A stretch of 64,000 nucleotides of DNA. Source: Verrucomicrobiia bacterium (GTDB lineage: Bacteria > Desulfobacterota > Binatia > UBA9968). Below the pieces are notes generated by a model. It did not search any database. It had not been told where the DNA came from and saw only the letters and a program-made list of their open reading frames with translations. This document shows positions 40,188 through 49,019 of the stretch, one piece after another (positions within the stretch are counted from its first letter, which is position 1; every line of letters begins with the position of its first letter). Position numbers and translations under genes: made by a program. The DNA lies in assembly GCA_035495775.1 (NCBI GenBank), contig DATJFG010000050.1, forward strand, positions 9,573 to 73,572. Reading direction: 5' to 3'.

Positions 40188-40601
40188 ATGAAAATCATCT
40201 CACAGGAGGACGAGACCGGCTGCGCGCTCGCCTGCGTGGCGATGGTCGCCGGAAAGACTTACGCGGAAGTGAAACAGACCGCCGCACAACTCGGCATTAA
40301 AGTCAAAGATAAAAAGCTATATTCGGAGACGAAGTACGTTCGGCGATTGCTTTCGAGATTTGGAATTCAAGCTTCAGATGTAGAAAAGCCTTTCGTCGGG
40401 TGGGGCGCTCTGCCCGATACGGCGCTGCTCTCGATCAAATACCACCGAGAAAATTCTCGGAACGTATGGCATTGGGTCGCGTTCGAGAGGAAGCAAGAGC
40501 AGTCGGCGGTTTTCGACCCGGCGAAATATGTTTTACATCATCGCAGGACCGATTTCGGCGCGATGAAGCCAAAATGGTTCATCGCGATTTTGGAGCAGTA
40601 A
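40188..40601 (+). CDS. Standalone peptidase-C39-like (double-glycine/bacteriocin-processing type) cysteine peptidase domain protein
   Basis: 137 aa with Gln/Cys motif QEDETGCALACVAMVAG, His motif NVWHWVAF and Asp motif VFDPAKY, in C39 order and spacing. GC visibly lower than its flanks. Confidence 0.5.
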   Translation: MKIISQEDETGCALACVAMVAGKTYAEVKQTAAQLGIKVKDKKLYSETKYVRRLLSRFGIQASDVEKPFVGWGALPDTALLSIKYHRENSRNVWHWVAFERKQEQSAVFDPAKYVLHHRRTDFGAMKPKWFIAILEQ

Positions 40602-40605
40602 CTTC

Positions 40606-42075
40606 CTACCGCGTCATCAGGCGCTCGGCCTTGCCCGAGTAGTTGATAAACACGGTCTTCAATTCCGTAAAAAAGTTTAAGCCTTCTTCGGCCATCTCGC
40701 GTTCGCCGACGCCCGTCGCCTTGGTGCCGCCGAAGGGCAGTTGCGCCTCACCGCCGATTGTCGGCTCATTCACATGCACCATGCCGGTCTCGACGCCTTC
40801 GACGAAGCGCATGATCGTGTCGACGTTCTCCGTGAAGATCGACGTCGTGAGGCCGTATTCGACTCCATTGGCGAGCCGAAGCGCTTCGTCGAGGTTCTTC
40901 GCCGTCGCCATTGAAAGCACGGGGCCGAAGATCTCCTCGCGGAAGATGCGCATCGCCGGCGTGACCTCGTCGAAGATCGTCGGCTCGACGAAATAGCCGC
41001 CGTCGAGATGCTTCGGCCTGCCGCCGCCCAGCACCAAGCGCGCGCCTTCGCGCCTGCCGATGTCGATATAGTCGAGATCCGTCTTCCACTGCTTTTCGTC
41101 CACCGCCGGTCCCATATCGATAGTCTCGTCCAAGCCGGAGCCGAGCTTTATTTTTTTCGCCTGCTCGACAAGCCGGTCGAGCAGCGCGGATTTCACCTCC
41201 GGCATCGCGATCACGCGCGACGTCGCCGTGCAGCGCTGACCGGTCGAGCCGAACGCGCCGCCGTGAATCGCGACCGCCGCCTTATCCAAATCGGCGTCGG
41301 GCATGACGATGACGGCATTCTTGCCGCCCATCTCGCAGGTGACCTTCGCGCCGCGCGTCGCCGCCTTGACGTAGAGCGCGCCGCCGATCTCGTTCGAGCC
41401 GGTAAAAGAGATCGCGCGGAGCGCCGGCGCGGCGACCATCGCCTCTCCGACGACCGAACCGGAGCCGACGATCATATTGAACACCCCCGGCGGAAGGCCC
41501 GCCTGCTCGTAAATCTCGGTCATGAGCGCGGCGGTGGCCGGGGTCAGCTCCGCCGGCTTGAAGACGACGGTGTTGCCTGCCGCGAGCGCCGGCGCGGACT
41601 TCCACACCGGGATCGCCCAGGGAAAATTCCATGGGGCGATCAGTCCGACGACGCCGAGCGGCCGGCGGATCGTATAGGTAAACGTGTCGCGCGCCTCGGA
41701 GGGGAGCGTCTTGCCGTGCATCCGGAAGCCTTCGCCGGCGTAGAATTCGAGCAGCGAGATGCCTTTCATCACCTCGCCCTTGGCCTCTTTTAAAATCTTT
41801 CCCTCTTCGCGCGTGAGGGTGCGGGCGATCTCGTCCGCTCGCTGGCGCGCGATGTCGGCGGCGCGCCAGATGACGCGGCCGCGCTCCGGACCGGGCGTAT
41901 TTCTCCAGCCCGGGTGCGCCGCCGTTGCCGCGGCGATCGCGCCCTCGACGTCGCCGGCGGTCGCCGCCGGAAACTCCGCCAGGACATCGCTCGTTTCCGC
42001 AGGGTTGACGTTGCGGACGAGCCGTTCCGATTTCGGGTGAAGCCACTTGCCGTCGATATACGAGCCTGTGCGCAT
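40606..42075 (-). CDS. NAD(P)-dependent aldehyde dehydrogenase
   Basis: 489 aa. Conserved ALDH Glu ([10 protein letters not shown]) and Cys ([10 protein letters not shown]) active-site motifs. Confidence 0.9.
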   Translation of the reverse strand: MRTGSYIDGKWLHPKSERLVRNVNPAETSDVLAEFPAATAGDVEGAIAAATAAHPGWRNTPGPERGRVIWRAADIARQRADEIARTLTREEGKILKEAKGEVMKGISLLEFYAGEGFRMHGKTLPSEARDTFTYTIRRPLGVVGLIAPWNFPWAIPVWKSAPALAAGNTVVFKPAELTPATAALMTEIYEQAGLPPGVFNMIVGSGSVVGEAMVAAPALRAISFTGSNEIGGALYVKAATRGAKVTCEMGGKNAVIVMPDADLDKAAVAIHGGAFGSTGQRCTATSRVIAMPEVKSALLDRLVEQAKKIKLGSGLDETIDMGPAVDEKQWKTDLDYIDIGRREGARLVLGGGRPKHLDGGYFVEPTIFDEVTPAMRIFREEIFGPVLSMATAKNLDEALRLANGVEYGLTTSIFTENVDTIMRFVEGVETGMVHVNEPTIGGEAQLPFGGTKATGVGEREMAEEGLNFFTELKTVFINYSGKAERLMTR

Positions 42076-42086
42076 AAAAACCTCGC

Positions 42087-43028
42087 TCAGATTTCTTCGA
42101 CTTCTCGAACTTTCGCTTTTTTCTTCTTCGCCTGCTCCCAGACAAATCGAGCGACCGCCAGATCTTCGTCGGCGATGCCGTTCGATTGAAAAAGAATCCG
42201 TCTTGGCCGCGGCGCTGGGGAGCCTGCAGCGACGATCTTTTCCAAGGGAATGACATTCTCCCAGCCGATGACGCCCTCCTTGCAGGCGGCGATGAGATCG
42301 CCGCTGTCGGTCTGCGCCGTCGGGAGATCGTCGGTCGTGACCAAGTCCATGCGCTGGATCAGCGCGCCGGAGACCTCATGCTTCACCGGCTGATTCGCGC
42401 CCATCGAGATCACCAGACAGTCGAGCTTGAGGCGCGCGCCATCGGTCAGCGGCTCGGTGGCGTCGGTGGCGAGAACGAAGATATCGGACGCGGCTTCGAT
42501 CTCCGCCGGCGAAGCGGCTGTTTTCAATTCGACGCCGGTCTTCCCGCGCATTTCTTTTATGAACGCGGCGATTTTTTTCGGGTTCCGGCCGTAAACCAAC
42601 ACCTGCCCGATTTTGCAGGTCTGGGCGATCGCCTCCACTTGAAACGTCGCCTGCCATCCGGGACCGACGACGCCGAGCACATCGGTTTTAGCCGGCGATA
42701 AGTATTTCGCGGCGACCCCGCTCGCCGCTCCGGTCCGCAGGCTGCTCAAGTAGGCGGCGTTGACGATGGCGCGGATCTCGCCGGTGCGGCCGCTGTAGAG
42801 CGTAATCGTGTTCGACGCGCCGGCATAGGCGCGCAGACACAGTAGATCGGCGCCGGCGTGCCACGACGCCATGACGTTCAGCTGCTTGTCGGTGCCCTTC
42901 AGCCGGCGGCGCGGGATGCTGCGCGTCTTTCCCGCTGCGCGGTCGCGAAACATCTCGTCGACGAGCGCTACGGCGCGCGGCATATCGATCAGCCGCCGCG
43001 TCTCTTTCTCTCCGATGATCGTCGCCAT
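42087..43028 (-). CDS. Ornithine cyclodeaminase/mu-crystallin family protein
   Basis: 314 aa from ATG 43028 (MATIIGEKETRRLIDMPRAV..., GAGGAAAAAA Shine-Dalgarno). OCD/mu-crystallin Rossmann region GVVGPGWQA. The 482-aa track ORF has an Arg-rich N-terminal extension that overlaps the divergent gene and is rejected. Confidence 0.75.
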   Translation of the reverse strand: MATIIGEKETRRLIDMPRAVALVDEMFRDRAAGKTRSIPRRRLKGTDKQLNVMASWHAGADLLCLRAYAGASNTITLYSGRTGEIRAIVNAAYLSSLRTGAASGVAAKYLSPAKTDVLGVVGPGWQATFQVEAIAQTCKIGQVLVYGRNPKKIAAFIKEMRGKTGVELKTAASPAEIEAASDIFVLATDATEPLTDGARLKLDCLVISMGANQPVKHEVSGALIQRMDLVTTDDLPTAQTDSGDLIAACKEGVIGWENVIPLEKIVAAGSPAPRPRRILFQSNGIADEDLAVARFVWEQAKKKKAKVREVEEI

Positions 43029-43115
43029 TTTTTTCCTCGCCAACTCACTTAACACAGCCCCTCTGTCTTGGAAAGCCGCAAAAACCGTGCATAATACGTT
43101 AACACGGGCTGTTTT

Positions 43116-43799
43116 ATGGGAGAGAAATATCCGCGCTGGACTTACGTCGTCGTTTTCGCCTTGCTCGTGATCGTCGTGGTGCTTTCCGTGCGCGCGTTGC
43201 GCGGCAAAAGAAGCCAGACCATCGCCGTCCAGCCGACGGAGAAGACCGCGCAGAGCGCTCCGCAAAGCGACGAAAAAGCGATCCAGCGCGATGTTGAAAA
43301 CGAGCGCCGAATCGAGGAGCTTAATAACGAGATCGCAGCGCTCCGCAAGCAGAACGAAGAGAATGCGGGCCGCGTGCAAGAATTGGAATCGAAGCTCGCC
43401 GAGTCGTCGAAGGCGCTCGCCGCGACGCAGCAGAAGCTCAAAGTCGCGCAGCGGCAGTCCGATCGATCCGCAGCGGCTGCAGCGAACAGAGACAAGGCGC
43501 TCGCGTCGCGAACGCCTGCCGCGCCTGCCGGCCAAGCGCCGTCCGCGCCCGCTTCTCCGCCGCGGCGCGTCGCCGAGGCCGGCGCTTACGAGGTCCTCCG
43601 CGACAGCGCGCTTCTCGAGAAGCCGGCGACTTCGTCGCGCGAGGTGGCACTCGTGGAGCGGGGCATGATCGTCAACGTCGTGGCTTCCGTCGGCGACTGG
43701 CTCGAAGTGCGTTCAAAGCACGGGAAGCCGCCGGGCTATATCCGGCGGCAGGACGTGACGCCGAAACAAGTGCAGGCCGACAACCGAGATCGGTTCTAA
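43116..43799 (+). CDS. Membrane-anchored coiled-coil protein with C-terminal bacterial SH3 (SH3b) domain
   Basis: 227 aa with N-terminal TM helix, a long Q/E/A/K-rich coiled-coil, an Ala/Pro linker and an SH3_3-like C-terminus (YEVLRDSALLEKP...GDWLEVR...GYIRRQDV). Confidence 0.5.
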   Translation: MGEKYPRWTYVVVFALLVIVVVLSVRALRGKRSQTIAVQPTEKTAQSAPQSDEKAIQRDVENERRIEELNNEIAALRKQNEENAGRVQELESKLAESSKALAATQQKLKVAQRQSDRSAAAAANRDKALASRTPAAPAGQAPSAPASPPRRVAEAGAYEVLRDSALLEKPATSSREVALVERGMIVNVVASVGDWLEVRSKHGKPPGYIRRQDVTPKQVQADNRDRF

Positions 43800-43818
43800 C
43801 AATTAAAAGGAGACACCG

Positions 43819-44526
43819 ATGAAAACCTTCTCTCCATACGCGATCTTCGCCGTCGTACTCTTCTGTGCTTCCAGCGTGGCGGCGCAGGATAAAAATATTC
43901 TTGGCGACGCCGCCCGGCCGCAGAGCGAGCGCGACATCGATCAGGTGCGTAAGCCCGAAGAGATGCTCAAGTTCTTCGGCGTCAAGCCCGGCGACAAAGT
44001 GGCCGACCTCATGGCGAGCCGCGGTTATTATACCGCCATCCTCTCGCAGGCGGTCGGAGAAAAAGGCGTCGTCTACTCCGCCAATCCGACGGTTCGCGAC
44101 GAAACGCGCGAGCGCTTCAAAGCGCCGCGGTACGCCAACGTCAAAATCGTCGAAGGTCCGATGGCGAGCGTCGGCTTGCCGCAGGACGGCTCGCTCGATT
44201 TCGTCCTGCTTAACCTCGATTACCATGAGATCGAAAAGAGCGATCGCGCGGCGATGAACAAGCGCGTCTTTGCCGCATTGAAGCCCGGCGGCGCTTACGG
44301 CGTGGTCGATCACGCCGCGGCGGAAGGCGCGGGCGATTCGGCCGCCAAGACACTCCACCGCATCGAGAAATCCCTCGTGGTCAACGAAGCCGCGGCCGCC
44401 GGCTTCAAGCTCGCGAAGGAATCGGATCTGCTCAAAATCGCCGATGACCCGCACACCACTAATGCGATCAAAGAGCAGCGCGGCAAGAGCGATCGATTTG
44501 TATTGAAATTCGAGAAGCCGAAATAG
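43819..44526 (+). CDS. Secreted class I SAM-dependent methyltransferase-like protein
   Basis: 235 aa with signal peptide. Methyltransferase-like motif GDKVADLMASRGYYT, acidic motif VLLNLDYHE. Confidence 0.5.
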   Translation: MKTFSPYAIFAVVLFCASSVAAQDKNILGDAARPQSERDIDQVRKPEEMLKFFGVKPGDKVADLMASRGYYTAILSQAVGEKGVVYSANPTVRDETRERFKAPRYANVKIVEGPMASVGLPQDGSLDFVLLNLDYHEIEKSDRAAMNKRVFAALKPGGAYGVVDHAAAEGAGDSAAKTLHRIEKSLVVNEAAAAGFKLAKESDLLKIADDPHTTNAIKEQRGKSDRFVLKFEKPK

Positions 44527-44537
44527 CCGCGCGAAAG

Positions 44538-45083
44538 CTAGCGGCCGTATTTTCCCGTCAGCTCGCCTTCAACCAACACGTGGCCTTTGATCGCGTCGAG
44601 AAGCTGCTGCTTCGTTGCGCGCGGTCTTAGGTTCGTTGGCCCATCCAGCGCGTAGAGCTTGAAAAAATACCGGTGCGGCGCTCCCGCCGGCGGACACGGC
44701 CCGCCGTAGCCGGTCTTGTGAAAATCGTTCAATCCCTGCTTGCCGCCGTTGGACAGCGTTTCGGTCGTTCCAAGCTCTCCCGGCAACTCTTTCGCCGTCG
44801 CGGGCAAATCGTAGACCACCCAATGCACCCATGTGCCGCCCGGAGCATCGGGATCGTCGGCGATGAGCGCGAAGGCCTTTGTCCCCGCGGGCGCGCCTTG
44901 CCACGCGAGCGCGGGCGATGCGTCACCGCCTTCGCAGGTGTGCTTGCGCGGAATCTCGCCGCCGTTTTGAAACGCCGCGCTCTTGAGCTCCATTCGCGCC
45001 GTCTTTTCGGCCGCCGCGGCGACGCCTAATGCGGCCATCAAAGCGACGAGCGGCCAGGCAAGATATTTTTTCTCGGCGTTCAT
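44538..45083 (-). CDS. YbhB/YbcL-family phosphatidylethanolamine-binding (Raf kinase inhibitor-like) protein, signal peptide
   Basis: PEBP signature (ALIADDPDAPGGTWVHWVVYDLP ... GYGGPCPPAGAPHRYFFKLYAL). Start taken at the internal Met (MNAEKKYLAW), giving a signal peptide. Confidence 0.7.
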   Translation of the reverse strand: MNAEKKYLAWPLVALMAALGVAAAAEKTARMELKSAAFQNGGEIPRKHTCEGGDASPALAWQGAPAGTKAFALIADDPDAPGGTWVHWVVYDLPATAKELPGELGTTETLSNGGKQGLNDFHKTGYGGPCPPAGAPHRYFFKLYALDGPTNLRPRATKQQLLDAIKGHVLVEGELTGKYGR

Positions 45084-45146
45084 ATCATTTTTCGGAAATG
45101 TTCTGGCGTCCCTGGGGCCTTCCTGATACATAAAGTATCGCCCGTT

Positions 45147-46445
45147 TTGGCACGGCGCAACGGCCGCGAGAAAATTTTGGAAGAATTAACGACTCCGATA
45201 ACAACCGAAGCTCCCGCGGCCGAGTCCGCTTTGGGACGCAGCGCTTTTTCGCCGCTCCGTTATCTCGACTACCGCTACCTCTGGACTGGGACCGTGCTGA
45301 TGAGCGCCGGGCAATGGATCCAGCAGGTGACGCTCGGCTGGCTGCTTTACGATCTCACCGGTTCTGCGATATTGCTCGGCATGCTGAACGGTGTGCGCGC
45401 TTTGCCGTTTCTCGTCGCCGGACCGATCGCCGGCGTCGCCGCCGACCGCATGGACCGGAAGAAACTGATGCTGAGAACGCAGTACGTCCTCATCGCTACG
45501 GCGGTCGCGATGGGCATCCTCGTCGCTTCCGGATATCTCCAGCCATGGCATCTGTTCGTCTTCACGCTTTTTACCGGCATCGCGTGGGCTTTCAATGAGC
45601 CGGTGCGGCAGAGCCTCGTTCCCGGAGTCGTCCCCAAAAAAGAATTGATGCACGCCGTAGCGCTCAATTCGATGGGGTTTAATATCAACAAAGTCCTCGG
45701 TCCCGCGCTCGGCGGGGTGCTCATTGCGGCATTCGGCGCCGCGGGGAACTTTTTCGTCCAATCGGCGGCTTACGCGGGCGTGCTGCTGATGATCTACTGG
45801 ATGCATGCGCCGCCGACGCCGGACGATGCCCGGCACTCCTCCGCTCTCGCCAACCTAAAAGAAGGGCTCGCGTACGTCTGGTCGAACCCGACCGTTCTCG
45901 CGCTGATGATGGCGGCCTACGTGCCGCGGGTATTCGCCGTGCCATACCAGACGCTCATGCCGGTGTTTCAAAAAGACGTGCTCGGGGTCGGTCCCGAGGG
46001 GCTCGGTCTGCTCATGGCGGCGCCCGGCGCCGGCGCGGTGCTCTCGGTGCTGCTACTTTCCTCGAGCGCGCACGGCGTTCGGCGCAAGGGGCTGCTGCTC
46101 TTGTGGAGCCTCGTTTTCCTGGGAAGTTTTCTTATCCTGTTCTCGAGAATGAAGTCTTTTCCGGTGGCGCTCGCGGTGCTCGTCGGAGTCGGCGCCTGCC
46201 AGATCACCTTCATGGCGACGACCAACACATTGCTTCAGATGCTCACGCCCGATGCGCTCCGCGGCCGCGTCATGAGCCTTTACATGCTCGATCGCGGGCT
46301 GATGCCGGCGGGCGCTTTGATGGCGGGAGTCTCGGCGCACGTCGTCGGCGCCCCGATGACCGTCGGGCTGATGGGCGGCATCGTTATTGTGCTCGCGTTG
46401 CTCGTCGCGTGGCGCGTGCCGCTGATGCGCCGGCTCGTCGTTTGA
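45147..46445 (+). CDS. MFS transporter (EntS/YbdA-like)
   Basis: 12 predicted TM helices. The MFS motif region is around GPIAGVAADRMDRKK. TTG start is uncertain. Confidence 0.7.
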   Translation: MARRNGREKILEELTTPITTEAPAAESALGRSAFSPLRYLDYRYLWTGTVLMSAGQWIQQVTLGWLLYDLTGSAILLGMLNGVRALPFLVAGPIAGVAADRMDRKKLMLRTQYVLIATAVAMGILVASGYLQPWHLFVFTLFTGIAWAFNEPVRQSLVPGVVPKKELMHAVALNSMGFNINKVLGPALGGVLIAAFGAAGNFFVQSAAYAGVLLMIYWMHAPPTPDDARHSSALANLKEGLAYVWSNPTVLALMMAAYVPRVFAVPYQTLMPVFQKDVLGVGPEGLGLLMAAPGAGAVLSVLLLSSSAHGVRRKGLLLLWSLVFLGSFLILFSRMKSFPVALAVLVGVGACQITFMATTNTLLQMLTPDALRGRVMSLYMLDRGLMPAGALMAGVSAHVVGAPMTVGLMGGIVIVLALLVAWRVPLMRRLVV

Positions 46446-46451
46446 TCGCGT

Positions 46452-47420
46452 CTATTTGAGTCCCAACTCTTTCTGCACTTCGCGCAGCAGCGTCATGTCG
46501 TGCGCGATGGAGACGGGGACGGCGGTCTTTTTAGTCTCCTGCTGGATGAATCCCCATTCGATGCTGAGGTCGTCGTCCGTGAGCAGCCCGTCGGGACTGA
46601 ACCCGTTCTTCGAGACATCGTAGATCCGCGCCGCCGTCTTCTCGTCGATTTGGTTCATCGCCATAATGAGCCGCACGGTTTCGCTTCGGTTGTTGCGCAC
46701 GAAGACGAGCCCGCGGAGCGCCGCGCGCAGCGCTCGCTTGATCATGTCGGTTTGACTGCGCAGCTTTCCCTCCTGCGTGCCGAGCCCCGCGATCGGATGC
46801 ACGACGATATCCGCCGTATTGCCGAGCAGACGGTAGCCTTGATTTTCCATGATGACGTTCGCCGGCGGCGGCATGAGGCTTCCTTGCACGACATTCTTCT
46901 CCATCGCCGCGGCGCGGGCGCCCGTCGCCCCGAGCGCGAGCAATTGGTACTCGCCCTTCTTGAGTCCCAGGTGCTGCAGATGCTTCTCGGTGAGGATCGC
47001 TTGCGTATTGCCGAAGGAGCTTACGGCGAAGATTTTGCCTTTGAGATCGGCCGGGGTTTTCAACTCCGGCCGCACAACCAGCGAAAAGAGCGGACGCGTA
47101 TTCAACCCCGCAATGAGTTTGAGCCCGAGACCCTGAATCGCGCCGTTCAGCACCGGCGAGATGTTGAGAGAAAAATCAAGGTCGCCAGTGGCAAGCGCCG
47201 CGGTCGCGACGTTGCCGCGCATCTGGATGAGCTGCGGCTCGAGCCCTTCCTCGCGGAAGAAGCCTTTGTCCACGGCCGCTTTGACCGGCAGCCAGGTCAT
47301 ACTCACGGCGGAATAGGCCAGGGTGATTTTTTTGCCCGGCTCGGCGGGCATGCCTCGTGCGGCAGCAAAAACAACGAAGAGGGCAATTGCGACCGATAGC
47401 GAACGAACGCCGCCCGTCAT
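46452..47420 (-). CDS. NMT1/SsuA-like ABC substrate-binding protein, signal peptide
   Basis: 322 aa with signal peptide and SsuA/NMT1 fold. Confidence 0.65.
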   Translation of the reverse strand: MTGGVRSLSVAIALFVVFAAARGMPAEPGKKITLAYSAVSMTWLPVKAAVDKGFFREEGLEPQLIQMRGNVATAALATGDLDFSLNISPVLNGAIQGLGLKLIAGLNTRPLFSLVVRPELKTPADLKGKIFAVSSFGNTQAILTEKHLQHLGLKKGEYQLLALGATGARAAAMEKNVVQGSLMPPPANVIMENQGYRLLGNTADIVVHPIAGLGTQEGKLRSQTDMIKRALRAALRGLVFVRNNRSETVRLIMAMNQIDEKTAARIYDVSKNGFSPDGLLTDDDLSIEWGFIQQETKKTAVPVSIAHDMTLLREVQKELGLK

Positions 47421-47422
47421 TC

Positions 47423-48181
47423 TTATCGCGCCGTTTCCGTTGAAGGATTTCTTTTATTCCAGTCGCTCGCCTTGATCGTCTGCCCGGTGGTCGTCGGCTC
47501 ATCCTGGCGGCAGAGCGATAAGACGAGTGGGACGACGATTTCCGGCGGGTGCCCGCCGCGACCGTCGACGTCGACGCGGCCGCCGGGATGGATCGCGTTG
47601 GCGGTTATGCCATGCTCGCGCATCTCCATCGCGACGGTCTTCATGAGACCTTCGACGGCATGCTTGGAGGCGACATACGCGCTTTTCCCGGCGACGCCCT
47701 GGCTTCCTGCATTCGAAGAGAGGCTGATAATCGTCCCGTGCCGTCGGCGGATCATGTGGGGTAGCGCGAAGTGCGTGCAGAGAAAGACCGCGCGCAAGTT
47801 GACGCCGAGGACGAGGTCCCACTCGGCGGGGGATACCTGGTGCGTCGGGCGCATCTCGAGACAGCGCCAGTTTTCATAGTTCCCGTCTTCATGGCGCTCC
47901 ATCCGCAGCCCGGCGTTGTTGACGAGGACGTCGATGCGGCCGAATTTCTCTACGCAGGATTCGACCATCGAGCGCGCGCTGTCTTCCCGGCTCAGATCTC
48001 CGGTGAAAGCTTCGGCGCTGCCACCCGCTTTTCGGATTTCATCAGCGACGGCCGCAGCTTGGGCTCCGCGCACGTCGGCGATGAGAATTTTGACTCCCGC
48101 GCGCGCAAGGCCGAGGGCGATCGCGCGGCCGAGGCCGCTGCCCGCCCCGGTCACGGCGGCTGCCTGTCCGGCGAGCTCCAC
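47423..48181 (-). CDS. Short-chain dehydrogenase/reductase (SDR)
   Basis: TGAGSGLGRA cofactor motif, NNAG, and catalytic S...YxxxK (SAYVASKHA). Confidence 0.85.
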   Translation of the reverse strand: MELAGQAAAVTGAGSGLGRAIALGLARAGVKILIADVRGAQAAAVADEIRKAGGSAEAFTGDLSREDSARSMVESCVEKFGRIDVLVNNAGLRMERHEDGNYENWRCLEMRPTHQVSPAEWDLVLGVNLRAVFLCTHFALPHMIRRRHGTIISLSSNAGSQGVAGKSAYVASKHAVEGLMKTVAMEMREHGITANAIHPGGRVDVDGRGGHPPEIVVPLVLSLCRQDEPTTTGQTIKASDWNKRNPSTETAR

Positions 48182-48182
48182 T

Positions 48183-49019
48183 TTATTTTTTCTCCCACGG
48201 CTTTTCGATCGGCAGGTCCTGACGGTCGCCCCATTCCTTCCATGAGCCGATGTAGTTGCGGACTTTGGGAAAACCGATCAGCCGCAGCGCCAGATAGGTG
48301 TGCGCGGCGCGATAGCCTCCCTGGCAATAGGCGATCGCCTCTTTTTCAGGCGTTACGCCGAGTTTTTCGTACATCCGCTGAAGCTCGGGTTCGGATTTGA
48401 ACGTTCCATCGCCGGCGATGTTCTGCGTCCATTCGAGATGAACGGCGCCGGGGATGGCGCCGCCGCGCGCCGCGCGGACAAGCCGCCCCATGTACTCATC
48501 GTCGCTGCGCGTGTCGACAAGCTTCACGCGTTCGTTCTTGAGCGATTTGAGAATGTCCTCGTACGTCGCGAGCGTGTCGCGCTTTTCATCCGGCTTGAAC
48601 TGCGTTCCCTTCGGCGGAACGGCATCGGTCGTTATGGGAAAACCGGCCTTCTTCCACGCCTGAATGCCGCCGTCCAGGACGGAGACTTTTCGATGTCCGA
48701 AGTATTCCAAAAACCACAAGCCGCGCGCCGCCTTCATGCCGGAATTCTCCTCGTAAAAAACGACTTCGGTGTCGAGATTCACGCCGCGCAGCTCGAACAG
48801 ATGCGCGATCATCGACATGAAGGCGCTGAGCGGCGCGGCGCTCGTATCGACGAGGCTGATGCCGAAGAGATCGAAGTGGATCGCGCCGGGAATATGGCCC
48901 TGCGCGTACACCTCCGCCTGCCGCGTGTCGATCACGCGCAGGCTCGGTTTTCCCAAATTGTTCTTCAGCTCTTCCGGAGTTGTGAGCAGCTCGTCTCGGG
49001 TGTATTTTTTCTTTTCCAT
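48183..49019 (-). CDS. Thiosulfate/3-mercaptopyruvate sulfurtransferase (tandem rhodanese)
   Basis: 278 aa with two rhodanese domains. Active-site Cys loop in the second domain (AYCQGGYRAAH). Confidence 0.85.
   Translation of the reverse strand: MEKKKYTRDELLTTPEELKNNLGKPSLRVIDTRQAEVYAQGHIPGAIHFDLFGISLVDTSAAPLSAFMSMIAHLFELRGVNLDTEVVFYEENSGMKAARGLWFLEYFGHRKVSVLDGGIQAWKKAGFPITTDAVPPKGTQFKPDEKRDTLATYEDILKSLKNERVKLVDTRSDDEYMGRLVRAARGGAIPGAVHLEWTQNIAGDGTFKSEPELQRMYEKLGVTPEKEAIAYCQGGYRAAHTYLALRLIGFPKVRNYIGSWKEWGDRQDLPIEKPWEKK

Noticed and set aside
42087-43535. 482-aa track ORF for the ornithine cyclodeaminase gene
   Set aside because: The N-terminal 168 residues are Arg/Leu-rich high-GC read-through with no homology. 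They overlap the divergent SH3b gene. A good ATG with Shine-Dalgarno exists at 43028 that yields the canonical OCD N-terminus.
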